Of a stretch of 64,000 nucleotides of DNA, positions 50,328 to 61,117 are shown piece by piece. Numbering within the stretch: position 1 is the first letter of the stretch; every line of letters starts with the position of its first letter. A program made the position numbers and the translations under genes. The notes under the pieces were generated by a model that saw nothing but the letters and a program-made list of their open reading frames with translations, ran no database searches and was not told where the DNA came from. The DNA comes from Candidatus Aphodoplasma sp. (lineage in GTDB: Bacteria; Bacillota; Clostridia; UBA1381; UMGS1253): positions 13,459 to 77,458 of the forward strand of contig JAZUQZ010000027.1 of the NCBI GenBank assembly GCA_045626925.1, written 5' to 3'.

Positions 50328-50987
50328 TTAGTCATGTTTTTTATATGAAACGCTTACACCATCGCCGATTGATAAAAGCGATGTTTCAAGCCTTTCATCA
50401 CTGCATAAAGCATCAATATATTTTTTAAGACGCTTCACTATCGTAATTTTGCGTCTTATGAGAAGAGCGCGATTTGTGACCATACCACCATAGAGTATGT
50501 TATCGCTTATAAGTAAACCATCTTTTTTTAACAAACGCACGCAGTGTGGCAAAAAGTGTATATAGTGTGCCTTTGCACCATCCATAAACACCATATCATA
50601 AGCTCCATCAAGTGCGGGCAAAAGCACCTCTGCATCAGCACTAAGCACATCTATACGGTCACTATAGCCTGCTTTTTCAATGTTTTTTCGTGCAATTTGT
50701 GTCATATTTTCATCACGCTCAATCGTCGTAATATGTGCATCAGGCGCAAGAGCCTCAAGCATCAAAATAGACGAATACCCAATTGCCGTACCAATTTCGA
50801 GCACATTTTTCGGCTTGTGTGTCATACATAAAACCTTCAAAAAGCTTGCAACTTCTTTTTGCACAATTGGCACGCCGTTTTTGTGTGCATAATCCTCAAG
50901 CTCTAATAAAAAATCACTGTTCGGCGCAAGTGATGAGCGCACAAAATCAATTATATATGAATGTGTTATGTCTTGTTCGTTTGGCAT
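50328..50987 (-). CDS. O-methyltransferase (TrmR/YrrM-like)
   Basis: LEIGTAIGYS, FMDGAK, SDN; between mltG and U32. Confidence 0.88.
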   Translation of the reverse strand: MPNEQDITHSYIIDFVRSSLAPNSDFLLELEDYAHKNGVPIVQKEVASFLKVLCMTHKPKNVLEIGTAIGYSSILMLEALAPDAHITTIERDENMTQIARKNIEKAGYSDRIDVLSADAEVLLPALDGAYDMVFMDGAKAHYIHFLPHCVRLLKKDGLLISDNILYGGMVTNRALLIRRKITIVKRLKKYIDALCSDERLETSLLSIGDGVSVSYKKHD

Positions 50988-51007
50988 TTTGGGCTCCTTT
51001 CGCCATG

Positions 51008-52042
51008 CTATTTTTGAATCTTTTGTCTGATATGTTCATGTTCATCCAAGGTTTTTGCATAATAAATCTTTCCTTTTTCATCCGATTGGAAAAATTGATA
51101 CTCTGTATCAGACGGATAAAGCGCCGCCTCAATCGATGCCCTCCCCGGCGAGCATATCGGCCCTATCGGCAAGCCTTTGTTGATATATGTGTTATATGGC
51201 GACTTGATTTTTGTATCTTTTGCCGATAAAATAGCCTTTCTTTCACCAAGTATATATTGCACCGTCGCACACGACTCAAGATATGGATAGCTCTTGCTTT
51301 TCAGTCTGTTATGAAAAACGCCCGCCACAAGTGCTCTGTCATTATCGGCACCTGCTTCTCCTTCAACAATCGATGCAAGCGTCACAATTTCGTCGACACT
51401 GTAACCAAGTTTTTTAGCGCGCGATTCATATTCGTCGGTAAAAATTTCATCAAAACGCTCAAGCATAAGCTCTATAACATCTTGTGCACTCATAGAGTTT
51501 GAAATATTATATGTGTCAGGAAAAAGATATCCCTCAAGCTTATTATCCTTGCGTTTTATTTCATTTAAAAAGTCATAGTCATAATCCAATGTTGTCGCCC
51601 GATTAAATTCATCTTCTGTTATATAACCTGTATTAGCAACAATTTTTCCAATTTCTTTAAGATTTGACCCCTCGGGAATTGTTATATTAGTCGTTTTATA
51701 TGTTGAACGATAAACAAGTCCGTTTATAATTTTGCTATAACCGCTCCCCTTTTTTATTTCAAACTCTCCTGCATAATATCTGTCATTTGCGCCTTTCATA
51801 TTTGAAACAAGTTCAAATATGAATTTATGCTTTATAACGCGATTTTCTTTAAGAATTTGTGCAACAGAATGTGAATTGTCATCTTCTTTTATAGTAACTT
51901 GTATGCTCGGTTGGTCAAGGCTGCCTGTAAAGACATCATCGACTACTGATATTGCAAACACAATAAATGCAACGGCAAGCACCGCCAAAACCATAGATAT
52001 TATTTTTTTATTTCGTTTCTTTATTTTAAAGCGTTTTGTCAT
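51008..52042 (-). CDS. mltG: Endolytic transglycosylase
   Basis: IPEG, LEGYLFPDTY, ASIVEGE, SPYNTY..GLP. Confidence 0.94.
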   Translation of the reverse strand: MTKRFKIKKRNKKIISMVLAVLAVAFIVFAISVVDDVFTGSLDQPSIQVTIKEDDNSHSVAQILKENRVIKHKFIFELVSNMKGANDRYYAGEFEIKKGSGYSKIINGLVYRSTYKTTNITIPEGSNLKEIGKIVANTGYITEDEFNRATTLDYDYDFLNEIKRKDNKLEGYLFPDTYNISNSMSAQDVIELMLERFDEIFTDEYESRAKKLGYSVDEIVTLASIVEGEAGADNDRALVAGVFHNRLKSKSYPYLESCATVQYILGERKAILSAKDTKIKSPYNTYINKGLPIGPICSPGRASIEAALYPSDTEYQFFQSDEKGKIYYAKTLDEHEHIRQKIQK

Positions 52043-52158
52043 TCTACCACCCCACACATGCTTATATTTTACAACAATATCTTCTTTTAGTCAACCTTAT
52101 AGCCCTTGCTGAATAAAAAAACGGCGGTATTTCCGCCGTTTATCACTTTTTAAAAACG

Positions 52159-52752
52159 CTACATTTCGCGTCTACCCTCCATAGCACGCAAAAGCGTTAC
52201 TTCATCAGCATATTCAAGGTCGCCGCCAACAGGAAGTCCATGTGCAATACGCGTCACTTTTACCCCAAGTGGCTTTAAAAGCTTGCAAAGATACATGGCC
52301 GTAGCCTCGCCCGATACATTTGGATTTGTCGCCATAATAACCTCTTCAATATCGCCCTTTGCAATTCTTTCAAGAAGCGAGCCTATTTTCAGGTCATCCG
52401 GTCCTATGCCGTCCATAGGCGAAAGCGCGCCATGCAAAACATGATACAAGCCACGGTATTCGCGCATTTTTTCTATCGCAGTAACATCCTTTGGCGATTC
52501 AACAACACAAATGATGTTGTTTTCACGCCGTGTATCGCTGCAAATTGCGCAAGGCGATACATCTGTAAGGTTTTGACACTGCTCACAAAAGCATATCTTT
52601 TCCTTTGCTTCAAAAATCGCCTCTGCCATATCGTGCGCATACTCTTTGGGCATATTAAGCAGATGAAAAGCAATCCTCTCGGCGCTTTTGCGTCCTATTC
52701 CGGGAAGCTTTTCAAACTGTTCTATTAGTTTTTCAATAGGTGGTGCGTGCAT
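52159..52752 (-). CDS. recR: Recombination protein RecR
   Basis: LPGIGRKSA HhH, C4 zinc finger, Toprim domain. Confidence 0.97.
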   Translation of the reverse strand: MHAPPIEKLIEQFEKLPGIGRKSAERIAFHLLNMPKEYAHDMAEAIFEAKEKICFCEQCQNLTDVSPCAICSDTRRENNIICVVESPKDVTAIEKMREYRGLYHVLHGALSPMDGIGPDDLKIGSLLERIAKGDIEEVIMATNPNVSGEATAMYLCKLLKPLGVKVTRIAHGLPVGGDLEYADEVTLLRAMEGRREM

Positions 52753-52773
52753 AAGTCGCCTCCAAAAATATAA

Positions 52774-53130
52774 TTAAAACAAGCCGGGTATATTCATCCC
52801 GCCGGTAATCTTGCTCATATCGCGTGCAAGCATTTCCTCTGCCATGCGAAGAGCCTCGTTTGTTGCTGCTAATATCAAATCCTCTAATGTTTCCACATCA
52901 TCAGGGTCAACAGCTTCGGGACTGATTTTTATTGATAATATTTGCTTTTTGCCGGATGCAACAACAGTTACTGCGCCGCCACCTGCTGATGCTTCAACAG
53001 TTTTTTCCTCGGCTTCTTCTTGCATTTTTGTCATTTGCTCCTGCATCTTTTGTGCCTGTTTTATAAGATTATTCATATTGCCCATTCCGCCGGGCATACC
53101 GCCGGGTATTCCGCCTCTAAATTTTGCCAT
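52774..53130 (-). CDS. YbaB/EbfC nucleoid-associated protein
   Basis: QAQKMQ, AGGGAV, LEDLI; between dnaX and recR. Confidence 0.95.
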   Translation of the reverse strand: MAKFRGGIPGGMPGGMGNMNNLIKQAQKMQEQMTKMQEEAEEKTVEASAGGGAVTVVASGKKQILSIKISPEAVDPDDVETLEDLILAATNEALRMAEEMLARDMSKITGGMNIPGLF

Positions 53131-53151
53131 TATATATTTACCTCCGCATAT

Positions 53152-54882
53152 TTATTCTTCCACTATAATATCGTCATTGTCCATACTCAAAAGTGCATCA
53201 AGCGGGTCTGTTTCATCTTCTGTTTGTACAGTAGTGGCCACATCCTCTGCCTTTGCGCTTTCGGGCATATCATCAATCATATCAAATTCCGACTCTGTTA
53301 CAAAGCACACACGCACACCTTCACCAACAACGGAGGCGAGCGCCGTATTAAAGTCATCACTTAACATAGTGATTATTTGTTTTACATATGATTCGTTTAT
53401 AATATAAAGCTTTTGCCCATCAAATTTTGCTTTTTTTACAGACAATGCACCATAAAGTGGTGGGTATTTCTTTTGCAAAACACCCAAAATCTCTCCCCAT
53501 ACATTTGAAGACTTTTTCACACTCACTTTGCGTAGAGTCTGGTCTTTTATATTATTTTTTTGCTCTGTATCTGTTTGTAATGCTTTTTCTTCCTTTTTGA
53601 GTTTATTTATTATATCTTCATCACTTTTGGGCATATCCCACGGCGGCGTATCATCATTTTCATTTTGATGTTGCTCTTCTGTGTGTGGTTTTTGTTCTTC
53701 TTTTGATGATTTTTGTACTGTTTTTATTACCTTGCCATCAAGCTTTAGCTCAAGTGCTTCAAGCCTTGACAATATTGCCGCACTTGACTGTGAAAGCCTG
53801 TCATCACACAAGCGCATAAGTGCAAGCTCATAAAGTGTGCGTACATTTTTCTCCCATTTTGCATCGGCACTTGCCGCACAAAGTGTTTCAATAATATACG
53901 AAAGCTCCGCCGCACCAAAGGCTGATGCTGCTCTTTTTATCTCATCAATAGTATCTTGGCAATATTCAAACAACCCGCACGCAGTATTTGATACCTTGCA
54001 CACAAGTATATCGCGAAAACGCCCTATAAGCATATCTATAAAATTATTTATATCCTTGCCGCTTTGTGATACCTCTGCTATAGAGGATAATATTTTTACG
54101 GCATCCTTGTTTGCAATTGCATCTACCATATCGCCAAGTGCCTCATCAGATGCAACAGAAAGTATATCGCGCGCTTTGGATAGTGTGATTTTCCCATCAC
54201 AAGCACCAACGCATTGGTCTAAAATGCTTAGTGCATCACGCATAGCCCCGTCCGAAAGGCGTGCTATAAGCTCAAGTGCCTCTATATCTGCATCAATATT
54301 TTCCGCATTTACAATCTCGCGCAAGCGCACAAGCATATCGCGCGCAGCTATTCTTTTAAAATCAAAACGCTGGCACCTTGATGTAATCGTCGCCGGAAGC
54401 TTGTGCACCTCCGTTGTTGCAAGGATAAAAATTACATGCGCAGGTGGCTCTTCAAGTGTTTTTAAAAGTGCATTAAATGCGCCACTCGAGAGCATATGTA
54501 CCTCGTCTATAATATAAATTTTATATTTTGTCTGTGCTGCCGAATAGGAAACCTCCTCACGAATGGCGCGTATATTGTCAACACCATTGTTCGACGCAGC
54601 ATCAATTTCCGTAATGTCAATAACGCTCCCCTCAAGAGCACCGCGACATATCTCACACTCATTACACGGGTTACCATTTTGCGGTTTTAGACAATTTACA
54701 GCGCGCGCAAAAATTTTCGCGCATGATGTTTTTCCTGTTCCGCGTGTGCCGCAAAACAGATACGCATGCGCAGCCTTGCCCGCCAATATTTCATTTTTAA
54801 GTGTGGTTACAATATGCCCCTGACCAACGACATCGTCAAAGCTCAGCGGTCGCCACTTTCTGTAAAGCGCCTGATATGCCAT
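53152..54882 (-). CDS. dnaX: DNA polymerase III subunit gamma/tau
   Basis: ALYRKWRP, GTRGTGKT, IDEVHML, SRCQRF. Confidence 0.97.
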   Translation of the reverse strand: MAYQALYRKWRPLSFDDVVGQGHIVTTLKNEILAGKAAHAYLFCGTRGTGKTSCAKIFARAVNCLKPQNGNPCNECEICRGALEGSVIDITEIDAASNNGVDNIRAIREEVSYSAAQTKYKIYIIDEVHMLSSGAFNALLKTLEEPPAHVIFILATTEVHKLPATITSRCQRFDFKRIAARDMLVRLREIVNAENIDADIEALELIARLSDGAMRDALSILDQCVGACDGKITLSKARDILSVASDEALGDMVDAIANKDAVKILSSIAEVSQSGKDINNFIDMLIGRFRDILVCKVSNTACGLFEYCQDTIDEIKRAASAFGAAELSYIIETLCAASADAKWEKNVRTLYELALMRLCDDRLSQSSAAILSRLEALELKLDGKVIKTVQKSSKEEQKPHTEEQHQNENDDTPPWDMPKSDEDIINKLKKEEKALQTDTEQKNNIKDQTLRKVSVKKSSNVWGEILGVLQKKYPPLYGALSVKKAKFDGQKLYIINESYVKQIITMLSDDFNTALASVVGEGVRVCFVTESEFDMIDDMPESAKAEDVATTVQTEDETDPLDALLSMDNDDIIVEE

Positions 54883-54922
54883 AATTAAAACCTCACATGC
54901 TTTTTATACTGAAATAAAAAAA

Positions 54923-55191
54923 TCGTACACCTCTGCTTCGAGGCAGGCCCTCCATGCGGTAAATTAAAATCCGGTTCAGCCTCGGCAACCCTATATCACA
55001 CCGCAGACACCGCTTATTGCTGCTCGGTTCCCCGCCTGACAAGGTTCACGGGCTATGGTCGCATAGGACCAAAGCATCATCACCATCATATAAACACCTG
55101 CCATACAAAACCTTACCCCTCGGCAGAGTAATCACCCTTGCTATAGCGGATTGCAAGTACAGGGCACCGCTACCGCCCCGGTTAGTACGAC
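54923..55191 (-). ncRNA. ffs: Signal recognition particle RNA (long Firmicute form)
   Basis: Alu domain GGGGCGGTAGCGGTGCCCTGTAC..GCAATCCGCTATAGCA; domain IV TGTCAGGCGGGGAACCGAGCAGCA; terminal TCGTAC/GTACGA pairing; upstream of dnaX. Confidence 0.93.
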
Positions 55192-55253
55192 TTATTTATT
55201 ATACCCCATTTTTCATCCCATATCAAGTGATTATTTTAAATTATAAAAAATAA

Positions 55254-56105
55254 TCACATTGCTGCACGAAACCCGTCACCGATAATGTCACTCGAATTGC
55301 ATATAACACTGAAAGCTTTTTTATCAATTTTCTTTATTTCATGCTTTAGGCGCACTGCCTCACTACGGCTTACGACTGTCATTATCATAACCTTTTCATC
55401 ACCAGTAAATGCGCCCCTTGTGCCGGAGACTATCGTTGCACCGCGCTCAAGGTTATCATTTATAAAAGATAGTATCTTTTCCGCCCTGTCCGTTATTATA
55501 ACAAAATACTTTGATGTATTAAGATTTTCTATGGCGCTGTCTACAACAAGTGTGCGCAACACTACTATAAACAAAGAGTATATACCCGTTTCTATTCCAA
55601 AAACAAGCACAAGCGCACTTATAACAAAAAAATCAACAATAAAAAGTGCAAACCCCATTTTTAATGTGGTATATCTCTTTAAAATCATCGCAATTATATC
55701 ACTTCCACCCGAGCTGCCCTCTTCATTAAAAATGAGCGCACTTCCAATTGAAATCAAAATTACATCAAAAAACATTTCAAGAACTTTTTGGTCTGTAAGT
55801 GGCTTATTCATAGGAAAAAACCACTCAAAAAGCCATGTAATTGTCGAAAGAAGCACGCTTGAATAAATAGTTTTAAAGGCAAACCCTTTTCCAAGCACCA
55901 AAAGGCCAACAAGTGTAAGAAATATGTTTAAAATAAAAAACCAGCTTGCTTGTGATAAAAATCCAAACACCTCACCAAGCACTATCGAAACGCCACCTAT
56001 GCCCCCTGTTGAAAACTTGTTTGGAAATTCAAAAAAATATAGTCCGATTCCTATTAAAACAGTTCCTATCGTGATTAACAAATACGATTTTATGCTTGAC
56101 TTCAT
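55254..56105 (-). CDS. YitT-family membrane protein
   Basis: STGGIGG, SSGGSD, RGAT..GAFTG, DKKAF. Confidence 0.92.
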   Translation of the reverse strand: MKSSIKSYLLITIGTVLIGIGLYFFEFPNKFSTGGIGGVSIVLGEVFGFLSQASWFFILNIFLTLVGLLVLGKGFAFKTIYSSVLLSTITWLFEWFFPMNKPLTDQKVLEMFFDVILISIGSALIFNEEGSSGGSDIIAMILKRYTTLKMGFALFIVDFFVISALVLVFGIETGIYSLFIVVLRTLVVDSAIENLNTSKYFVIITDRAEKILSFINDNLERGATIVSGTRGAFTGDEKVMIMTVVSRSEAVRLKHEIKKIDKKAFSVICNSSDIIGDGFRAAM

Positions 56106-56114
56106 ATATTGATT

Positions 56115-56789
56115 TTACTCCTTTACATTATGTACCATATCAATATATTCAGTTATCTCGCAAGGTGTTTTTACTATCAAATCCGCTCCACTGCTTTTTA
56201 GCTCGTCATAATCGCGAAAACCCCATAAAACACCAATCGTAAACACTCCAAGGTTTTTACCGGTTTCAATATCTACCCATGTGTCGCCTATAAAAGCCGT
56301 CTCATCCTTATCAACTCCAAGCTCACGCATAACATCAAGTGCGCTATCGGGTGCAGGCTTTATTGCCACGCCGTCGCGTTGTCCCCGCACAACATCAACA
56401 AGACCTTCTTCAAAAAATTGCTTTGACACATTACATGTTGCAAAATCAGGCTTGTTTGACACTATACCAATTAAGATATTATGCTTTTTCAAGGCGCTGA
56501 GCATAGTAATTATCCCGTCATAAGGCTTTGTGAGATAGCTCACATTCTCATTATATTTTTTAGTGTAGTAGTTATACACCTCGTCAAACATTTCGTCATT
56601 ATATGCACCGACCTCGCATAGCATTCTTTCAACAAGTACTTTTGCCCCGTTTCCTGCAAGATATTTATATTTTTCTGTTTCAATTGTCGGCAAAGAAAAC
56701 TCTGCAAGCGCAAGATTGCCATAATATGCTATGGTCGTTACGGTATCAAGAAGTGTACCGTCCAAATCAAAAAGACACGCACGAATCAT
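56115..56789 (-). CDS. HAD-family phosphatase
   Basis: FDLDGTL, SNK, KPAP, GDTWVD. Confidence 0.92.
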   Translation of the reverse strand: MIRACLFDLDGTLLDTVTTIAYYGNLALAEFSLPTIETEKYKYLAGNGAKVLVERMLCEVGAYNDEMFDEVYNYYTKKYNENVSYLTKPYDGIITMLSALKKHNILIGIVSNKPDFATCNVSKQFFEEGLVDVVRGQRDGVAIKPAPDSALDVMRELGVDKDETAFIGDTWVDIETGKNLGVFTIGVLWGFRDYDELKSSGADLIVKTPCEITEYIDMVHNVKE

Positions 56790-56828
56790 TTTATTTCTCC
56801 ACTTTTTATGTTCTATATTATAAACAAA

Positions 56829-57032
56829 TCAAAAAAACAATATGTTTATAAGTATAATTGAAAGGCACATAGGAATGTTGAACGCATTATAAAATATGAT
56901 TGATAAACCGGACACACCGCCACCAGCTATTTGTTTTTCTCTAAAAAGCTTATGCCAACTGCAGTAAGTATTGTGCCCAAAATTGTTAAAAAAATACTTT
57001 TTATATTGCTCTTTTTATCCCTCTTGTGCAAA
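56829..57032 (-). pseudogene. Truncated, frameshifted YitT-family remnant
   Basis: Frame A reads IKSIFLTILGTILTAVGISFLEKNK*; the shifted frame reads IAGGGVSGLSIIFYNAFNIPMCLSIILINILFF*; together they match a YitT N-terminus. Confidence 0.7.
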
Positions 57033-57046
57033 GTTGTTTTCGATAT

Positions 57047-58414
57047 TTAAAACTCAAAATAATCCTTTGCATTCTGATAACAAATGCCCTTTATAATTTT
57101 TTCAAGGCTTTCCTTGTCGTTAGGATATTCGCCGTTTTCTACCCAGCCACCTATCAAATTACATAATATTCTTCTAAAATATTCGTGACGCGGATATGAT
57201 ACAAAGCTTCTTGAATCAGTAAGCATACCAACAAATTTGCCCAATATGCCAAGGTTTGCAAGCGCAGACATCTGCTCCACCATACCATCGCGATTATCAT
57301 TAAACCACCATCCCGAGCCAAACTGAATCTTGCTTTTTGTAGGCCCTTTTTGGAAATTGCCAAGCATTGTAGCCAAAACACAATTATCCTTTGGATTTAG
57401 TGTATACAAAATCGTTTTCGGCAAAGCATCCTCATACTCAAGGTCATTCATAAGAGCAGAAAGCTTTTGGGCAACACACAAATCGTTTATACTGTCAAAG
57501 CCCGTATCAGCACCAAGTTTTTCAAACATTTTTGTGTTGTTATTGCGCAATGCTCCTATGTGCACTTGCATCGTCCACCCAAGTCGTGAATATTCAATAG
57601 CACACTCACGAATAACTGCAGTTTTAAAAATATCAATCTCTTGTCCGGTCAAAGTTGCACCGTTCATTTTCTTTTCAAATACTGCACCTGCATCACCTTT
57701 TTCATACGGTACATAATCAAGCCCGTGGTCCGAAAGTCTACATCCGTTATCGTGGAAGTATTGTATTTTTGATTTTAACCACGAAATAAGCCCATCAAAA
57801 CTTGTGATTTCATTATCCTTTATATAACTGTCAAACCACACCTTATCTATGCCGACTGCCTTGTCGGGACGAAATGTCGGCAAAACCTTCGTGCCAAAAC
57901 CGTCCTTGCAAATCTGTTGATGGTATCTTAAATCGTCTGCCGGGTCATCAGTTGTACAAATAATCTCGACATTTGATTTGTTTATTAGCTCTTTTGCAGA
58001 AAAATCGTCACGCTTTAGCTTTTCATTGCAAATATCCCATATACTTTTTGCACTTTTTTCAGTTAATGGTATATCGATATCAAAATATCTCTTTAACTCA
58101 AGTGCAGTCCAATGATATAGAGGATTGCCAATAAGATATGGCATTAAAGTCGCAAAACCGAGCCACTTTTCATATCCGTCAGCATCGCCCGTTATATACT
58201 CCTCATCAATGCCAAAGCTTCTCATCTGGCGCCATTTATAATGGTCCCCGCCCAAAAACAAATCGTATGTATCTTTAAATTTATAATCATCTGCTATCAT
58301 TTGTGGCACGAGATGACAATGATAATCAATTATCGGCAAACCCTCTGCAAAATCATAGTAGAGTTTTTTTGCCGTTTTGCTGTTGAGCATAAAGTCCTTA
58401 TTGATTATTCCCAT
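57047..58414 (-). CDS. uxaC: Uronate isomerase
   Basis: IIDYHCH, GDHYKWR, TTDDP, WWFND, TDSRSF. Confidence 0.97.
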   Translation of the reverse strand: MGIINKDFMLNSKTAKKLYYDFAEGLPIIDYHCHLVPQMIADDYKFKDTYDLFLGGDHYKWRQMRSFGIDEEYITGDADGYEKWLGFATLMPYLIGNPLYHWTALELKRYFDIDIPLTEKSAKSIWDICNEKLKRDDFSAKELINKSNVEIICTTDDPADDLRYHQQICKDGFGTKVLPTFRPDKAVGIDKVWFDSYIKDNEITSFDGLISWLKSKIQYFHDNGCRLSDHGLDYVPYEKGDAGAVFEKKMNGATLTGQEIDIFKTAVIRECAIEYSRLGWTMQVHIGALRNNNTKMFEKLGADTGFDSINDLCVAQKLSALMNDLEYEDALPKTILYTLNPKDNCVLATMLGNFQKGPTKSKIQFGSGWWFNDNRDGMVEQMSALANLGILGKFVGMLTDSRSFVSYPRHEYFRRILCNLIGGWVENGEYPNDKESLEKIIKGICYQNAKDYFEF

Positions 58415-58606
58415 AATATAACACGCTCCTTAATATAATTACAATTTTCTATATATTTCCCTATTACATATCCGCTATAATTATATAATAATTAGTCCTT
58501 TGTGTCAACTTAGCGTTTGTTTGTTTGAGAAATTATTATAATAAAAAATGCCCAGGCATTTTATAAATAAGGTCGGGGCATTTTTCTTTAATTTTCAGCT
58601 TTACGC

Positions 58607-59341
58607 TTATACGATTTTCTTTTCAAGATATTCAAGCGAAAGCTCAACCATCTTGTTACCCATTTGGGTATTTGCATTTGCAGCACTCTTTGTAAACCAG
58701 TGATTTATATCACCAAGTCTTTCAAGCTTTACTGCATCCGGATATAGAGCCATAAGTATCGAACACTCAAACTCACCTGCATGGTCATAGCCTGTAGCAT
58801 TCTGAACCTCTGTGCTCATTGTCGGAATAACCTTAATCCAGCTAAACGGGTCATCGCCACCACCAAGATTTTCGTAATAATTGGCATAGTTTTCACTACC
58901 CCACCAACCGCGACCTTGTGTCTTTTCAAGGTAACGCATTGTAGCGCGCTTTGCAGCTTTCATGTACGAAAGTGTCATTGGCATACAGCTTTCCTGCTCA
59001 AACTGATGATGGATTACAACATAAATGTTGCGAAGTCCTGCATCAAGCATATTCATAAAAATCTGGAAAAGATATGCCTCGAATACATCCTCTTCGATAT
59101 GCACTGTTCCGCTTGTTTCATCGGCAACGGCATAGCTTGAAGGGCTATAATAAATCGTAGGCGCAATCATAATCTCTTTTCTCTCTGCAAGTTTTTTAAT
59201 AAGTCCTTCTGCAACCAATGTGTCGCAACCATAAGAACAATGAGGGCCATGATACTCAACAGTACCGCCGCAAATTACAAAAGGAATACGATTTTCTTTA
59301 ACTTTATTAAGCTCTCGTGGAAAACTCATATTATATTCCAT
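58607..59341 (-). CDS. Creatininase-family amidohydrolase
   Basis: GTVEYHGPH..GCD and DHAGEFE. Confidence 0.85.
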   Translation of the reverse strand: MEYNMSFPRELNKVKENRIPFVICGGTVEYHGPHCSYGCDTLVAEGLIKKLAERKEIMIAPTIYYSPSSYAVADETSGTVHIEEDVFEAYLFQIFMNMLDAGLRNIYVVIHHQFEQESCMPMTLSYMKAAKRATMRYLEKTQGRGWWGSENYANYYENLGGGDDPFSWIKVIPTMSTEVQNATGYDHAGEFECSILMALYPDAVKLERLGDINHWFTKSAANANTQMGNKMVELSLEYLEKKIV

Positions 59342-59355
59342 AATTTACATCTCCC

Positions 59356-59727
59356 TTATTCTGTGTAAGCAAGTGTTGTATAGAATGCAAGATTTGGCTG
59401 TGTATTGTCAAGTCTGCCATACTGTACAACAATCTCGCAACTTGATGTAAGCTTCATAGCATACTGTGTTTCAAGCGGAACCTCAAACCCGCACATATCA
59501 TCAATATTGTTTGTGCGGAAACAACGAACGCGTCCTGCTTTTACAGTCCATTTGATTTGCTCATATGCGTCTTTGTCTGCAAAGTAAAGCTTTACATCGA
59601 TTTGTGCATCTTTTTTTGTATCGTTTACAATGATTACGGACTCATGTCCCTTTGCAACACCTTCACCAGCCGGCGGAAGCTCACAATCAGGAATTATCCA
59701 TACTTTTTTACCAATATTCTTAGCCAT
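59356..59727 (-). other. Anabaena sensory rhodopsin transducer (ASRT)-family protein
   Basis: IGKKVWIIPD, GHES...N, IVVQYGRLD..Q pattern. Confidence 0.8.
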
Positions 59728-60892
59728 CGATTTCTATAATTCCTTTCTTAAGATAATCTGTCATTGAATGGCAGCCATCCTTTGTTACTGCGATACCTTT
59801 TTCCCATCTGCAACCAAAGCCGTTGCCCATGATAAATGTATCAACCTGGAATGTCATGTTCTCTTGTAGATTGTAATCGCTAATTGTTTCCATCCATGGA
59901 GCCTCAACCTCAATCATACCTGTACCATGACATGGTCCATATACATAGCTATCCTTAAAGCCGTTCTCAACATACATATTGTAGAACTCTTTTGCAATGC
60001 TTGATGCAAGCTTGCCTGCTTTAATCTGCTCAACTGTCCAATCATGGGCCTCTTTACAGAACTCAACAACTCTTCTTCTCTCGCCCTCAAGCTTGCCCAT
60101 AACAACAGGAAGACCGATTGCAGGTGAATAACCATCAATCTTTGCAGAAAGATTTAGCTGAACGATATCACCCTTGTTGATTGTTCTATAACCTGAACGG
60201 CTGATTGCGTGTTGTGTTGATTTTTCACTGAATACATACATTGGAAGACCTTCATACTCTGCGCCTTCTTCATATATAACCTTCTGTGCAATACCAACCA
60301 TTTGAAGCTCTGTTACGCCTGGCTTAAGATGACGAATAACCTCATCTGTAGCAAGGTCAACAATTCTAAAGCCTTCCTGGATACATGCAAGCTCGTTCTC
60401 ACTCTTAATCTGACGAAGCTCAACCATAATCTCGTTACATTTAACGATTTCAGCCTTCGGGAAGCTATCCTTTAGACCTTCAAAAATTGGCAATGTGCAC
60501 TCAACATAGCTACCAAGACCAATTTTAATGTTTTCGCCTGTAACGCCGATTGCTTTGAATACATCCTTAAATGTATCAGCATGAAGCTCTGGGTACGATG
60601 GGTCAGCCGACTCTCTAAACTCTCTTAAACAGAAAATTTTGTCAATCTTTGCAACATCCTGTGCAAAAATGATACACTCCGGTCCTACCATCAATGCTGC
60701 TTCACCTGTTGCAGAAATAGCAACGCCTGCGCGCTCAAATAGTGGCCAAAAGCCCGAGAAATATCTCGCATTTGCATAGTCAGACTCTGTGCTTGATACA
60801 ACCATTACATCAAGGCCCTTTTCTCTGACTAACTTTGCTGCTCTTGCAACTCTTTCTTTGTACTCATAATCCGGAATACATACTCTACTCAT
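59720..60892 (-). CDS. M24 pita-bread-fold hydrolase (creatinase/prolidase-like) with degenerate metal ligands
   Basis: Creatinase_N domain, RQIKSENE, CHGTGM, RWE; GGAGG RBS. Confidence 0.85.
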   Translation of the reverse strand: MSRVCIPDYEYKERVARAAKLVREKGLDVMVVSSTESDYANARYFSGFWPLFERAGVAISATGEAALMVGPECIIFAQDVAKIDKIFCLREFRESADPSYPELHADTFKDVFKAIGVTGENIKIGLGSYVECTLPIFEGLKDSFPKAEIVKCNEIMVELRQIKSENELACIQEGFRIVDLATDEVIRHLKPGVTELQMVGIAQKVIYEEGAEYEGLPMYVFSEKSTQHAISRSGYRTINKGDIVQLNLSAKIDGYSPAIGLPVVMGKLEGERRRVVEFCKEAHDWTVEQIKAGKLASSIAKEFYNMYVENGFKDSYVYGPCHGTGMIEVEAPWMETISDYNLQENMTFQVDTFIMGNGFGCRWEKGIAVTKDGCHSMTDYLKKGIIEIDG

Positions 60893-61117
60893 TTTTCTTC
60901 CTCCTAAATTTAATTTTTTGTGATTGTTTGTCCTTTTTAAGCCCAAAAATATGGTTTTAAAAAGAATAATTCATTTATACCATAATTGTAACACATATTT
61001 ATATGACTGTATTTGTCAAATATTAAATCTGTTTTGCACAATATTAAATTTTTTTAATATTGATATACTGTTTTTTTTATGATATACTTATAGCAAACAG
61101 TAGAAAAGGGCGGTGTA

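Noticed and set aside
53425-53600. Possible dnaX programmed frameshift at A-runs
   Set aside because: Only A7-type runs typical of Lys codons in this AT-rich genome; no in-frame A AAA AAG with a stimulatory SD or hairpin was seen.
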